A stretch of 64,000 nt of DNA, taken from NCBI RefSeq assembly GCF_026571515.1, contig NW_026862604.1, positions 1 through 64,000 of the forward strand. Direction: 5' to 3'. Shown piece after piece: positions 37,575-49,750 of the stretch (its first letter is position 1; each line of letters begins with the position of its first letter). The notes under the pieces are model-generated. The model was given only the letters and a program-made list of their open reading frames with translations. It was not told the DNA's origin and ran no database searches. The stretch is from Ruditapes philippinarum (lineage: Eukaryota). The position numbers and the translations under genes are program-made.

Positions 37575-39130
37575 AGCCCGTCTCACACAAAACACGGTTG
37601 GACACACGATTCCCATACGGTATACTCGGTTATACACGGGTTGACTGGTACGAGTTTTGAGCTCCAACCGTGCTTGTGGTTTAGTTGGCACGAATTAGAC
37701 TCGAATAAAGCACAAGTATGTACGAATTGAGCACGGATATACTCGGTCAAGCAAGGTTAGAACACGATTTGCATACGAATACATACGACTGTTGTACGGT
37801 TCCAAGTACGGTCTTGTACGGTCTGGTACGATTAAACACGACTTTTACTCGATTTACAGGCCGGGTTTACATAGGGTCCCGCCGACTTATGATCGAGTTA
37901 GGCTCGAAATATCACACATTTGTGTATGTTTTGATATAAATTAACCCATTTTGATGACTTGGCTTCATTAATTTTCGAAATTTCAACGAAGAACACTTAT
38001 ATATAGATCATTATAATGCTGCACGTTTGTAACGTCGCTTTTCATTGGATAATCGTGACGTTTATATATTTTTATAAACACGGCTGTTGTCGATTTATAA
38101 ACAAATCTCGCTTTATTCCTCTAAAAATGATGCTTCCTGTATTATAAATTCGTTATAAAGATTGTTGACAGGTTATATGGCCTTATATAAACGGCTGTTT
38201 GCAATATAACCCTCGCCTAGCGGCTCGGGTAATATTTACAAACAGCCGTTTATATAAGGCCATATAACCTGTCAACAATCTTAATAACTAATATTAACAT
38301 CAATACATGAATAAAAAGTGAAGCAATGTAAAATGAATGTGTCTTTTTGTCTGTTGTGTAGCGGTTGCTGGAGGGTCCACCGAGCTGGCATTGGAGTCTG
38401 AATCCCTAGGAGACACGGTTATTGCCGGTTGGTCCTCTAGCTTATCAGGGTCAATAAGTTGGAGTGGTCGGTGGGCCTGGATGGCTCTTCTTGTATTCCT
38501 TCTATGCGTCCAAAACTTCTTCTTTGGATACATTCTAGTGTGATGCAGCAAGAACTCTTGGTAGGGTGGCAGCAGCTAGTTGTGTTTTTTGTACAGTTCT
38601 TGCTGACGTAGAGGCCTTGTTAGACCGTACGAGGCCGTGTGAGACCCTGTATACCCGTATTTTACCGTGTCGGCCATGTATGTTTCGTATATGAACCGTA
38701 TTGGTCGTATGGCGATCGTATGAAACCGTGTGTGCACTCGTTTGAATCGTACCGTGATCTTGTGACATTCGGGTGTTAATCGGGTGTTGCATGTAGGACT
38801 TGGGGACGGTCTCGAACGATTCCATACGATTTATATACGACCTTGATACGGTTGGGCTCACTCGTGGAGTGAAGTTCACATACGGCTGTATATACGGTCT
38901 CATACGGTCTCACACGGTCTCTTACGGTCTTGTACGGTCGCTTATACGGTCATACACGGACATGGCATCCGTACCAGTTTTTTAAAAGTTTTAAAAATCA
39001 TACACGGCTTACACGGATACACTCGAATGGCCCGAGTGTAACTCGGATAACGCTACGGTTAGTTCGGTTGTATGTACGGTTTACACGGGTGGCCAACCGT
39101 GTAAGCCGTGTGTCCTGTGTGAGATGGGCT
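37575..39130. mobile_element. Non-autonomous PIF/Harbinger-like DNA transposon (~1.56 kb)
   Basis: TIRs agcccgtctcacacaaaacacgg / ccgtgtgtcctgtgtgagatgggct; flanks cta and taa (imperfect TWA-type TSD); dense tacgg/cacgg subterminal repeats. Confidence 0.75.
38152..38289. repeat. Near-perfect ~135-bp palindrome (foldback MITE) nested in the Harbinger-like element
   Basis: aagattgttgacaggttatatggccttatataaacggctgtttg..cctcgcctagcggctcgg..caaacagccgtttatataaggccatataacctgtcaacaatctt. Confidence 0.85.
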
Positions 39131-40791
39131 TAAAGTATACTCGTATCACTATTTCATTTCCCAGGTGGCATGTGTCATTCAGCATATATTTTGTAAGATA
39201 TTAGGGATAGGTAAGTTTCTATGTCAATGAAAATAAACAAATTTACACAACCGAAATGACGCAATTACAATAACAACACCCAGCTCAACTGAACGTGAAA
39301 TTTGATGATCCGTTTAAAAATGTAGCATAATTAGGTCTACTGTAAATCACTTTATGTTCGTGTTATCTTTATTTCGCGAAAACCCCATTCCCGAATTATT
39401 TCGAGTAATTGAAATGTCATGGTACTTTTCATTTCAAAGAGGAAGTATTTTGTTAAACGAATATTCACATTGTGTTGGGTATAGTTAGATATTCACTGAA
39501 ACATTCAATAAGTTACTAAATAGACATGAACATGTATATACAAATAAAGTTTTGAAGAAATATCCAATTTTAAATATTAGGCTTTTACACAAACATATTG
39601 TGCAATAACAGTTAATAATTCACAGCTAAACCGTTTGAAAATTTACCACCCTTTATACTACTATTAATCCGTCATTATTATATAAGAGTTAAAACCCGTG
39701 ACCAGGGAATGTAAATAACGTCAGTTCTGATTAAATAGATAAAAATGAGTTATCTCTGTCGTTTTTACATACAATATATAATTGTATTTGAAGAATTTGG
39801 TCATATGACACAGCAAATAGGCACATGAATCTGCAGGTAAGATTTTTTTGCCTATTATTATGTTACTATTATACTAATATGTTCCTCTTCTTGTTAATTA
39901 TTTAAAATTATTCTTTAACAACCATTCGCTTTGAAGAAAGTAAGACTTTATTTCTTACACAAGTATTTAATGATTACTTGACCAGTCACCTTAATCGTTT
40001 CCCATAGACAAGGAACAATGAAGTGAGTTTCAACAACAACTTTTTGATGGTTATTAACTTCATTGCATATATATACCAATGGGCTACATGTTTCTTGTGC
40101 GAAGTCCGTAGTGTTTGTTATTTTTAAGAAAAGGCCATAAGTCTTGAAGTAGAAATTTCATTTGTATATCTGAATGTAAGGTATAAAAAATGTATTGTGG
40201 TTGTGAAACGGACAGATTTGGGCTTTTCTGATTTTTATAACTTTATTCAGACAATATATATTGACCCCGTTAAGCAGCCCCTAAACTCATTGAAATATCA
40301 GAAAAAATCACATCCTATCGTTTAGTGATAATCGTATATAACTTTGATATCATTATCTTCGTATCAGTTGTTACATACATGTATAATTACATTCTGAATG
40401 TTCATATTATACACTGGTTTTAAAAAGTTGAGTTTCACTATTTTATAAGTAATATCTTGGACATAAAATATTTAAACAAAAGTGCGAAATTTTTATTCCA
40501 ATAACAAAGACCATAATGGCTTAATTCCTTACAAAAGCGTAGATCCAAAATGCTTAAAGGTAACATGCATTAATGAAGACCTGTATTGATAATTATATTG
40601 AAGACTACAACTTTTCATAATGATTAAAGCATTTATATATTAAAACTTCTTTTCTCAGTCAACCATACCATGCACAAATTAAACCGTGTATTTTAATATT
40701 TTTTTCATTCTTGTTTACAGCAAACAAACACGTGTATCAACAAATAATGTACAGTAGTTTGAACAGTTATCTTTGAAAAAAACATATTGAC

Positions 40792-42604
40792 ATGGAGGTC
40801 CCTGGTCGAACACAAGACACCTCACCTGATGATAGGATAGGAATGTCTTTTAGTGGAGACGAAGCGGTATTTTGTCAACCATGTAGTGGTGACGGCGATA
40901 CGATGATTGCCATTGGATACTGTCAAAATTGTAACGAGTGTTTATGTGCAGTTTGTCTAAAAGTCCACCGCAAGCAAGCCGTGTCAAGAAATCATATTAT
41001 TCTGGATGGTGACACTATGCCTAGAGTAACACTTCCGGTTGTAACCCCAAACGCTTGCTCTGAAATATGTACCAAACATGAAAATGAAATAGTTAAATAT
41101 TTCTGCATCTCACATGATGCGGTGGGTTGTGGAGATTGTATGATCATTGACCACAAGTCCTGTAAAGTTGATCGTATACAAGATATATCTACAGAATATT
41201 TAAATGGCACTGAACACCAAAATATCCTAAAGAAGGTAAAGCAGTTGGTAAAAGATACCGATGAAATAAAAAGGAAGCTACAAGCCAGTGAAGAAAACAT
41301 GAGACAAGCCTATACACAAGCAATTAAAGATGTCAAAGCATTCAAGAAAAATCATCGATTATCTTAACAAGGCAGAAAGAGAAATGCTTGAAATGATAAA
41401 CAAAAGGAAAAAGAAGAATGAGACGCTGATACTGGAACTTCAGCAAGCACAAAGTCGAATTGGTAAAAATATTAAAGAAATACAGACGAAATTACAGCTA
41501 CAGGTAAACCAAGCGAATGAGTTGTTTGTTGAGGCAAAACAAGTAAAAACAAAACTTAACGCTATTGATGAAAACCTGAATAGGTTGAATAAAGACATCA
41601 GCATTGATGTATTTGAGTTTCAACATTCTTCCCACATGGAACAAATGGTCAAGTCTTGTGAACCGCTCGGTGACATAGTTGATGGATCAAAGCAAAAGAT
41701 CGAAAACAGGGCATCAAAACACGATTATCTTGTTTGTAGCAAAGACATAACAGATCAAACTGGTTTAGACAGGAAGAGTATTTCTGAAATGGATGCTTAT
41801 TTTGATTGTGAGATTAACATTAAAACACAAGATGATTCTTCATATTGCTCGATTAGAAAATGTGCACTGATTTGCCCAAGTCAGATCATAGTCGCTGATG
41901 GGAAAAATAGATGTGTGAAATTAGTTGATGTCAATAACAAAGAAGTTTCGAAGTACAATCTTCAGTATATTCCCTCTGTTGTAGCAGTAGTAAATCCCAA
42001 TATGGTTGCTGTGACGTTTCCTGATAATAAGAAGATACAATTTTTCACAATAACAGCAGGTAATAAGATCAATGAAAGTCACATAATTAACGTTCATACA
42101 GATTGTAATAAAATTGCAATCCATGAAGATAAGATTATTGGCATAACCAGCACGCCGAGTGTTGAGATTATGAGTATGAGCGGACAACTGATAAAATCTT
42201 TATCTCATCCAAATATGACATGGTTAATGGATATTGCTGTCGTACCAAGTTCACAGATGTTTTATGTCAGTAATAATTCATTCGGGTATAAGGGTGTTTT
42301 AAAATATGATTTTAATGGCAATCTGATAGCAACATACGAGGACAATGATCTGGTAGATGTGAGAGGATTAGAAATAACAAGAGACGGTACAGTGCTTGTG
42401 TGTAATTGGGCTAGAGATGGCAGTATACATATGATAACACCTGACTGTAAAAAGATAAAAGAACTCTTGAAAGATGATGGACATGTTAGAAGTCCCTGGT
42501 GTGTTACGTTCTGTAATGACACAAATAAACTATTTGTTGGAAACTTTGCGTCAAATATTGATAAAAAGTTTAAAAACGCTTTGAAAGTATTTCAATTAAG
42601 GTAG
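40792..42604 (+). pseudogene. RING-less TRIM-like gene 3, split by a single 2-bp deletion at ~41347-41351 (ORFs 40792-41367 and 41330-42604)
   Basis: ttcaagaaaaatc here versus ttcaagaaagaaatc in the other four copies; otherwise colinear and free of stops. Confidence 0.8.
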
Positions 42605-43740
42605 ATTTTAAATTCATATGAAATCAAATGTCTGATGCAAAATAGAAATGGGAAATTAAGTAATTGCTAGATCATCTATGTTCAGTATATCATTTTAAAG
42701 TTAATACATTAAATAATTGATACAAATATTTTATAAAAAAGGCAAGATAATTGTTACATACATGTATAAACATTGTTAAATAAATATTGACTATCTGTAT
42801 AGAATATTGGACATTTTGATACAATGCATATTTTACCGGTAAGAACTAAATCGCAAGCTTTAATATGAGCGAGAAGACAATATTAGTAACAGTTGTAGTA
42901 TACCATTTAGGTAAATTATTTTTGTAAGATATAGAATTTTCCAAATTGACAGCTGACTATTACCTGATTTGGGTTCTTATATCACCATAAAATCGAACTC
43001 CTCCCAGCGGTTACTTCCCTAAATCTGTGCAGTATATATGTATGTCAAAAATGAAGAGGAGATCATTGCATTGTGATTGCCATAAATTTTAACGCGCTTC
43101 ACAATTATCCAAAATCAATCAATAGAGGATATTGAATGAGTGTAGATTCAATACTGAATCGTTTTTACAGTCAAATAAAATAATATCATGCGAGTCTCGC
43201 GAACCTCTACGTCAATAGACCAAATGACGTCAGAAAAAAATGAACTTCTATGCTCAATGCGGTTCAATATCATTCTATCAATTCCTTTTAATATCAACAT
43301 GTTAAAATTGATATATATATATATATATATATTAATTCTTCGTGCATCATAATATAATAATGCACAGTTTTTCGTTCAAATGCTTATAATAATCAATTAC
43401 TAAGGCCTATCAGTCTTCATTATAAAATACTATTGTGACGTCATTCCTTTGTTCTGATCTAACTGTATTTTGTATTTTTAATACAGTATAGGTAGGTGTA
43501 AGTCCAATATTAATCGTGTAACACATTAATATGAGAGAGCGTGCCATGTAGTAAAAGAAGCTTGTATGACCACAGAACTTTTTAGAAAATTATCAAAAAA
43601 TAAATAAATAAATAATAAATAAAATGTTACTTTTTATAAGTAAAAACGAGGAATGCAACCTCTTCCCTTCGCTAATTACGCATTTAACAGAATTTTACGA
43701 AAACAACAACAACAACAAAAAGCAATAATTGTTATCTTGC

Positions 43741-44406
43741 GGTATCACGACTTACCGAAATACCGAAACACTACCGAAATACCGTAATAGCCCTGGAATA
43801 CACGATAATAGATATAAGAAAGCCGAAATACCCATTAATGATATATTAAAGGAGTCGAAATACTCCCGATACTTCATTCGGGCCTGAATATGGCAGTTTT
43901 TCACCAAAATATCATCTAATTACTGCTTTGAAATCGAAAGCAATTTTTTATAATTTGCAATTTGAAATTGCTGATACAGACGACAATCTGCAAGTTATTT
44001 ATCTTTGTTAATAGCATAGACACTTGGTTTTGGGATAAAAAACCGTTTTGACAAATTTAATTGAATGTAACTACATCGGTAAAGTGACATTTTTAGAATC
44101 GAGACATCTACGTTTAAAAATCTTTATATGCAATCAAATTTGATTTCTACACACCTCTCAGACGGGTTTTTATCCCGAAACTTAGTGCCTATGGTTAATT
44201 ACTAAAAACAACAACAACAACGGCAAATTATTCGTTCTGTAAAGCACATACGATAATTATGACACGAAGTATTTAATTGAGTAATTATTGATTTATTACA
44301 CCTCATTACTACCAGGTATTTCGGCTTTCTTATATCTTTATCGGGTATTCTGGGGGTATTCTGGTATTTCGGTAGTGTTTCGGTATTTCGGTTAGTCGTG
44401 ACATTC
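43741..44406. mobile_element. Mutator/MULE-like MITE
   Basis: ~95-bp TIRs (tcacgacttaccgaaataccgaaacactaccgaaatacc.. / ..ggtatttcggtagtgtttcggtatttcggttagtcgtga) flanked by a 9-10-bp direct repeat gttatcttg(c) at 43731 and 44407. Confidence 0.85.
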
Positions 44407-44904
44407 GTTATCTTGCAATGATTTCTTTGCTTATTTCACGAATTCTATTTTCATGTCTACTGGTTTTTGATTTCCAAGCTCTTAAAATCATACCACTGTT
44501 TACGCTTCTCTAGTGAAAGGTAGCGGAGTATCAGTTAAGAAGTGATTTTAATGGGATTGTTTAATTTCTTGACAATCATACCTGATTTGCATCATTGTAT
44601 GTACGTAATGTTTCAGTTAATTTAGTTTGTTTTTCAAATGAATGTAATAGAGAAAATAAGTTCATCTATTCAAAACAAAAACGGTTAATATTTTTTACAT
44701 ATTTGGTTGACTTTTATATAGCAACGATTCCAGACTCCTGTGGTATGACAAATATCAACTGAAAGAAAATATCATTTTGTTGCGTAAAATTCACACTAAT
44801 GGCCATTTTCACATAACATTTTAAAGCCGTGATAGTTGAAGTAAAATAAATAAATATATCATTTTAACACTAATCGATGGTCAGTATTAATCCTTCTTAA
44901 AAGT

Positions 44905-45340
44905 ATGGTGGCTGTTTTGTGCCATTCGTGTTTTCGCCCCAAAACCCCGCCAAGCGAAAAGTCGCGAATTGTCAAGTTAAAATGGCGGGGTGCGGAGCGA
45001 AAATTTGCTAATAACGGGGGCGCTGGGCGATGTTTAATAAATAAAACTGCGCCCCACAGGGGCGCTGAGCGAGATTTAAGAAATAAAACGGCGGGGCACG
45101 AAGCGAAAACACGCTTATTAGCGCCCTCGCTAATTAGCATGTTTTCGCTCTGCACCTCCGCCATTTTAACTTGTTAATTCTCGACTTTTTTTTTGCTTGG
45201 CGGGATCGCGGGGCGAAAACACGCTTATTAGCGGGGGCGCGGGGAGAAATTCTATTTGTTAAACTTCGCCCCACGCCTCCCCTAATGTGCGTGTTTTCGC
45301 TCCGCGCCCCCGCCCTTTTATTACTTAAATCTCCATTTTG
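44905..45340. mobile_element. GC-rich foldback repeat, probable truncated non-autonomous DNA transposon
   Basis: cgtgttttcgcccc..ccgccaagcgaaaagtcg..aagttaaaatggcgg inverted against ccgccattttaactt..cgactttt..gcttggcggg..ggggcgaaaacacg. Confidence 0.6.
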
Positions 45341-45684
45341 ACAACCATGTCGAGCTCAGTACAAGCGGGCAAACATAAGCAACATACAGTTCATCAAACA
45401 AATTTTAATATTTTGATTTGACCTTTGACCTCTTGTGACAATGGCCTTAATTTTGCGCAAGACTCAAATCAATAAGTAGATCATTTGTGATAAGTTATAT
45501 TTAAATGGTTTTGCGCTGACCCCCAAGTGTGACCTTGAAATCTGAGCGGCTGCCCTGTGTTTTGTGTGTAACACATCACCCCATCATGATAAACATATGT
45601 ACCAAATTATTTTGTATGATATAGACCGAACAAATCTATACAATCGCACAGACGCACAGACGGAAGTGTCAGCGTTTGGGGTTC

Positions 45685-47331
45685 ATGTGCTTTTTCTTTG
45701 GTCTTTATGTGGCATTTTTCCCAGAAACTAGTAAAATTACAACATTAAGCAGTCGGTTTATGAGATTTCCTTCTTTCTTAATTAAGATTATGGACGGAAT
45801 GCAGCTTATAGACCATTGGATGTTTGTGCCCGAACTGTCGCACGGAGGTACCTACACCGACATGTACGTCAAAATTGACGACTTAGTCGAGCACACCGCA
45901 AGCAGGCTCGACAGAAACGTATATAACACTTTATCTTGTCATTACATTGATATCCTAAGGAAGGTAGTGCAGTATGTTAAAGATATGGATGAAATAAAAA
46001 GCGAGCTACAAGCCAGCGAAGGAAACATGAGAAAAGCCCATTCACAAGCAATTAAAGATGTCAAAGCATTCAAGAAAGAAATCATTGATTATCTTAACAA
46101 GACAGAAAGTGAAATGCTTGAATTGATAAACGAAAGAAAAAAGAAGAATGAAGTTCTGATACAGGAACTACAGCAAGCAGAAAGTCATACTGGTAGAAAA
46201 ATTAGAGAAATGCAGACGAAATTACATCTTCAGGTAAACCAAGCGAATGACTTGTTTGTTGAGGCAAAACAAGTAAAAGCACAACTGAACGCTATTGATG
46301 AAAATCTAAATAAATTAAATAAAGACATTAGCATTGATGTATTTGAGTTTCAACGTTCTTCCCACATGGAGCAAATGGTCAAGTCCTGTGTACCGCTCGG
46401 TGACATAGTTGATCAAACAGAACAAAAGGTCGAACAGGGGGTATCCAAACATGATTGTCAAATTTCTAGTAAAGAAGTAACAGATAACACTGGTTTAGAC
46501 AGGAAAAGAATTTTTGAAATGGATGCTTATTTTGATTGCGATATTAATATTAAAACACAAGATGATTTTTACGACTGCTTTGTTCAAAATTGTGCATTAA
46601 TTTGCCCAAGTCAGATTATAATCATTGATGAGAAAAATAAATGTTTAAAATTAGTTGATGTCAGTAACAAAGACGTTTCAAAGCACACTCTTAAGTATTG
46701 TCCCACTGGTGTAGCAGTAGTAAATCCCAATCTGGTTGCTGTGACATTTCCTGATGATAGGAAGATACAATTGTTTACAATAACAACAGGTAATAAAATC
46801 ATTGAAAGCGACATGCTCAGTGTCCATACAGGTTGTAAGAAAATTGTAATTCATGAAGATAAGATTATTGGTATAACCAATACGAGTGTTGAGATTATGA
46901 GCATTAGCGGACAACTGATAAAATCTTTATCTCACACAAAAAAGGATCGGTTAATGGATATAGCTGTCGTACCAAATTCACAGATGTTTTATGTCAGTAA
47001 TGTTTCATCTGGGTATCGTGGTGTTTTCAAATTCGATTTTGATGGCAATCTGATAGCAACATACCAGGACAAGGATCTGGTATATCCGAGAGGAGTAGAA
47101 GTAACACGAGACGGTACAGTGCTAGTGTGTAACTGGGCTGGCGATGGTAGTATCCATATGATTACTCCAGACTGTAAAAAGATCAAAGAACTCTTGAAAG
47201 AAAATCAACACGTATATTCTCCATATTGTGTTACTTTCTGTAATGAAACAATTCAACTTTTTGTTGGTAACTTTGCTTCAAATATTGACAAAAAGTTCAA
47301 GAACACCCTGAAAGTATTTCAATTATGGTAG
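45685..47331 (+). CDS. 5'-truncated TRIM-like gene 4: coiled coil and propeller (homology from 45950), B-boxes deleted, in frame with repeat-derived upstream codons; may be a pseudogene
   Basis: Open frame 45676-47331. From ILRKVVQYVKDMDEIK onward it is colinear with the paralogues; upstream DNA matches the 36660-36907 intergenic repeat. Confidence 0.65.
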   Translation: MCFFFGLYVAFFPETSKITTLSSRFMRFPSFLIKIMDGMQLIDHWMFVPELSHGGTYTDMYVKIDDLVEHTASRLDRNVYNTLSCHYIDILRKVVQYVKDMDEIKSELQASEGNMRKAHSQAIKDVKAFKKEIIDYLNKTESEMLELINERKKKNEVLIQELQQAESHTGRKIREMQTKLHLQVNQANDLFVEAKQVKAQLNAIDENLNKLNKDISIDVFEFQRSSHMEQMVKSCVPLGDIVDQTEQKVEQGVSKHDCQISSKEVTDNTGLDRKRIFEMDAYFDCDINIKTQDDFYDCFVQNCALICPSQIIIIDEKNKCLKLVDVSNKDVSKHTLKYCPTGVAVVNPNLVAVTFPDDRKIQLFTITTGNKIIESDMLSVHTGCKKIVIHEDKIIGITNTSVEIMSISGQLIKSLSHTKKDRLMDIAVVPNSQMFYVSNVSSGYRGVFKFDFDGNLIATYQDKDLVYPRGVEVTRDGTVLVCNWAGDGSIHMITPDCKKIKELLKENQHVYSPYCVTFCNETIQLFVGNFASNIDKKFKNTLKVFQLW

Positions 47332-48714
47332 ATTTTAATAACACAATGATATTAATTGTCTGGTTTAAAACTGATATAGCAAAACTGAAATGACTATATT
47401 CCAAATATCATGTTTTACATATTCAAAATGTTTATGAATAACAAGACACGCTAATAAAATCGTATCGTCTGAACAGGGGAAAAACGTACATTCAAGAATT
47501 TATTATTGTTAGATACATTATGAAAATTGATAAATAAATATTGTATAGCTGTATATTATGTTAGATTTTTATCATACAAACAATATCATATCATACATAC
47601 TTACCGGTAAGTCATCATATGCTTTTATTTGATTAAGAAGACAAAGTGTGCGCTTCAAAAATATATTCAGAAATGAATAAGATACAACAATACACTTTCA
47701 TAGGCCAACGATAATCAATATCCAAAGGTTGTCTTAAATGCAACTTTTTAGACATGTACTCACAACTTGTTAATAGCCTAACCATATGAAGAATGAGTAT
47801 GGCAATTTCAAACTGTTAAACTGAAATAAAAGAAAATCAAAGGGTTGCAAGCTCTGTGGTATTGTCTGATCTCGTACTGTATATCTGTATGTTTTTTCCT
47901 GTAAAAGTTTATTTTTATATACTATAATTCACCTTGTAGGGCACCGAGATGCAGCGACTACGTTTGGATGTTTTACTTTAACAGTTTGAGTTTGATACAT
48001 ACGGAATTTTGCATGACTATAGAGTTGCATCAAAAATAATTTATGTTCATTTTTTTATGACAGCCACACTTTATCCTTTTATCCTTGCATTACGTGGCTA
48101 CTTCCTTAAATAAGACACTTAATTGAACCCCAGACCTCTCACACCCTACACGAGCGCGTTACCCCTGCACCACGAAGAAGTTTAACGACAACAAACTGAA
48201 TAAAATCAAATAATTCTAATTTTAGAATATCCATGCTTATTAATTTCGAGGTATTTTGTTCACGATATACCTGTTGTTTAACATTGATGTAAATAATTTA
48301 GCGAAAATTTTCTCACAAAAACAGTCCGACATGTATATATTCCACTACTCGACAGTCAGATTTATTTGTGTAATACGCTCTGATGTATTCGGTAATCGAC
48401 ATCGCTAAAAATAGCAATTTCATTGATCAAAATCATATTCATCGACAATTCTATAAGCCAACGCTACTTTTAAACTTTGAATGCGTTGTAATTTGTTTGA
48501 TACTTGTAACAAAATAAAAATATTTCTTTCTTTTACATCGCTAGTTTTAAGCTGTTTTGAGAACTACTTGTTGTTAGGTTTCTCTGTGTCAGAGATTGAA
48601 TGTCAGCATTGAATTTCCTGATCTGCGATCAGAAAATACATAAACTATATAATACTTAATTTCTTTATTCAATTATTCAGTTACTTTTTTACTATTCATT
48701 TTAACAGAGGAAAT

Positions 48715-49750
48715 ATATACTCAGATAAACTTTAACTAAACTATCCTCAAGTAGACTTATATAAGACTTTTCTCAGATAAACATACACTGAACTCTCTTC
48801 AGATATACTGACACTAAATGCTTACACTAAATTTTCCTCAGATAAACTTATATAAAACTGCCCACAGAAAAACTTATACTAAATTCTTCCTCAGATAACA
48901 TACATTAAACCCTCCTTAAATAAATTTACACTAAATTTTCCTCAGAAAAAACTTACACCACTCTCCTAAGATAAACTTACACAAAAACTTTCCTCAGATG
49001 AACTTACATTTTTCTCACCTCAGATAAATTGACACTAAACTATTCTCAGATAAACTTAGACTAAACTGTACTCATATAAACCTACACTAAACTCTTCTCA
49101 AATAAACTTTCTCTTAACTTTCCTCAGATAAGCTTACACAAAACTCTCCTCAAATTAACTTAAACTGCTCTCCTAAGAAAAACTTACACTAAGCTTTCCT
49201 CAATAAACTTAAACGCCTCTCCTTAGATAAACTTACATTAAAATTTCCCTAAGATAAACTTACACTAAACTCTTCTTCAGATAAACATACATTTTACTCT
49301 TCTCAGACAAACGAACATTTAACTCTGCTGAGATAAGCTAATCTTTCCTCAGAAAACTTAAAACACTAAGATAAACTTACACAAACCTTTCTTCAGATAA
49401 ACTTAAATTAAACACTCCTCAGCTAAACTTACTCTAATGTCTCCTCAAATAAACTGACACTAAACTATTCTCAGATAAAGTTACACTTAACTCCCCTCAT
49501 AGAAACTAACACTTAACTCTTCTCAGATAAACTTTCTCTAAACTTTCCTCAGATAAACTGACACTACTATCCTCAGATAAACTTTCTCTAAACTTTCCTC
49601 AGATAAACTTACACTACTATCCTCAGATAAGTTTACTCTACACTTTCCTCAGATAAACTTACATTACACTATTCTCAGATAAACTTACACTAACTTTCCT
49701 AAGATAAACTTACGTTAAACTCTCTTCAGATAAACTTACAAAAAACTCCC
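48715..49750. repeat. ~26-bp minisatellite
   Basis: Unit ctcagataaacttacactaaactctc, degenerate tandem array; same family at 62155. Confidence 0.9.

Noticed and set aside
38300-39133. ORFs of 60-122 aa inside the Harbinger-like element
   Set aside because: Arise from GC-richer subterminal repeats; no recognisable transposase or Myb/MADF motif.
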